A stretch of DNA of 32,000 nucleotides. Origin: Thermofilum adornatum. GTDB taxonomy: Archaea; Thermoproteota; Thermoprotei; Thermofilales; Thermofilaceae. The stretch spans positions 1,320,001 through 1,352,000 of the forward strand of contig NC_022093.1 of the NCBI RefSeq assembly GCF_000446015.1, given 5' to 3'. Made by a program: the position numbers and the translations under genes. Positions 31,798-32,000 of the stretch are shown here, piece by piece (position 1 is the stretch's first letter; the number at the start of each line of letters is the position of its first letter). The notes under the pieces are model-generated. The model was not told the DNA's origin. It worked only from the letters and a program-made list of their open reading frames with translations, and did not search any database.

Positions 31798-32000
31798 TTC
31801 CTTCCTAATCCTCCTTCTCTTCCTGCCTACACCATGGCTCCTTCCAAAAACATATTACCCATTTCTCTTCTACTGCATGAACCTAACCAACCACTACATG
31901 TTGAACTTTAACGAGAACATTTTCAGTAGGAATTTCGCCACAATGTTTGGTGTTAATGGTTCTAGGGTTGTTCTTATTAGTCATGGGTGGTTTGATTCTC
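31712..32000 (+). CDS. tatC: TatC paralog 2 (5' part; runs off the right edge)
   Basis: The open frame from ATG 31712 to the window end encodes MSEELPEKPLLDHVMDFLEMLRRILIYIVSFLILLLFLPTPW...FGVNGSRVVLISHGWFDS, collinear with paralog 1. AGGTG at 31697-31701 precedes the ATG. Confidence 0.75.
   Translation, partial: MSEELPEKPLLDHVMDFLEMLRRILIYIVSFLILLLFLPTPWLLPKTYYPFLFYCMNLTNHYMLNFNENIFSRNFATMFGVNGSRVVLISHGWFDS
31944..32000 (+). repeat. Direct repeat tract 2, copy B
   Basis: 57/57 identical to 29741-29797. Confidence 0.95.

Noticed and set aside
1-32000. Looked for CRISPR arrays, tRNA/rRNA genes, IS elements and recognisable defence genes
   Set aside because: There are no regularly spaced repeats, no cloverleaf-like GC-rich segments in spacers, and no transposase, integrase or nuclease/helicase defence signatures among the ORFs. 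Spacers are short except 2534-2846 and 23822-24116.

Overview
Densely coded archaeal chromosomal segment (about 90% coding, mid-40s %GC by eye). It has crenarchaeal and hyperthermophile hallmarks. A/T-rich TATA-like boxes sit about 27 nt upstream of many start codons, implying mostly leaderless genes. It also encodes an archaeal class IA aldolase, a TrmB-family regulator, an archaeal-type TyrRS and a PriS-like primase. I saw no rRNA, tRNA, CRISPR array, transposase or integrase. Left to right: (1) a radical SAM/SPASM enzyme, divergently paired with a small Rossmann-like protein and next to NikR. (2) A six-gene overlapping operon: divergent FGGY kinase, AGPS-like flavoenzyme, GlpC/GlcF-like Fe-S protein, BON-domain-fused GlpA-like dehydrogenase, NAD(P)/FAD oxidoreductase and a DUF1667 protein. 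(3) Housekeeping genes: YbaK-type deacylase, TyrRS, a rhomboid protease with an unusual C-terminal extension plus a co-oriented unknown gene, and a Nudix hydrolase. (4) A sugar island: GH130-like enzyme, sugar ABC transporter, TrmB regulator, orphan EncFtn-like mini-ferritin, GH65 phosphorylase and beta-phosphoglucomutase. (5) Nitroreductase, a YkgJ Cys-cluster protein and a ferritin-like/VIT1 iron exporter. (6) An fba-pfkB glycolytic pair and Nnr. (7) Two tandem tatC paralogs bracketing a PriS-like primase gene. Most notable observations: the AGPS-like/Fe-S insertion in a glycerol-3-phosphate dehydrogenase operon; a 22/25-nt shared palindromic operator candidate in front of both sugar operons; a well-formed C/D box sRNA candidate in the pgmB-nitroreductase spacer; and mosaic 100%-identical tracts between the tatC paralogs flanking a zinc-knuckle-less PriS-like gene. 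All functional calls come from motif recognition by eye, not database searches.
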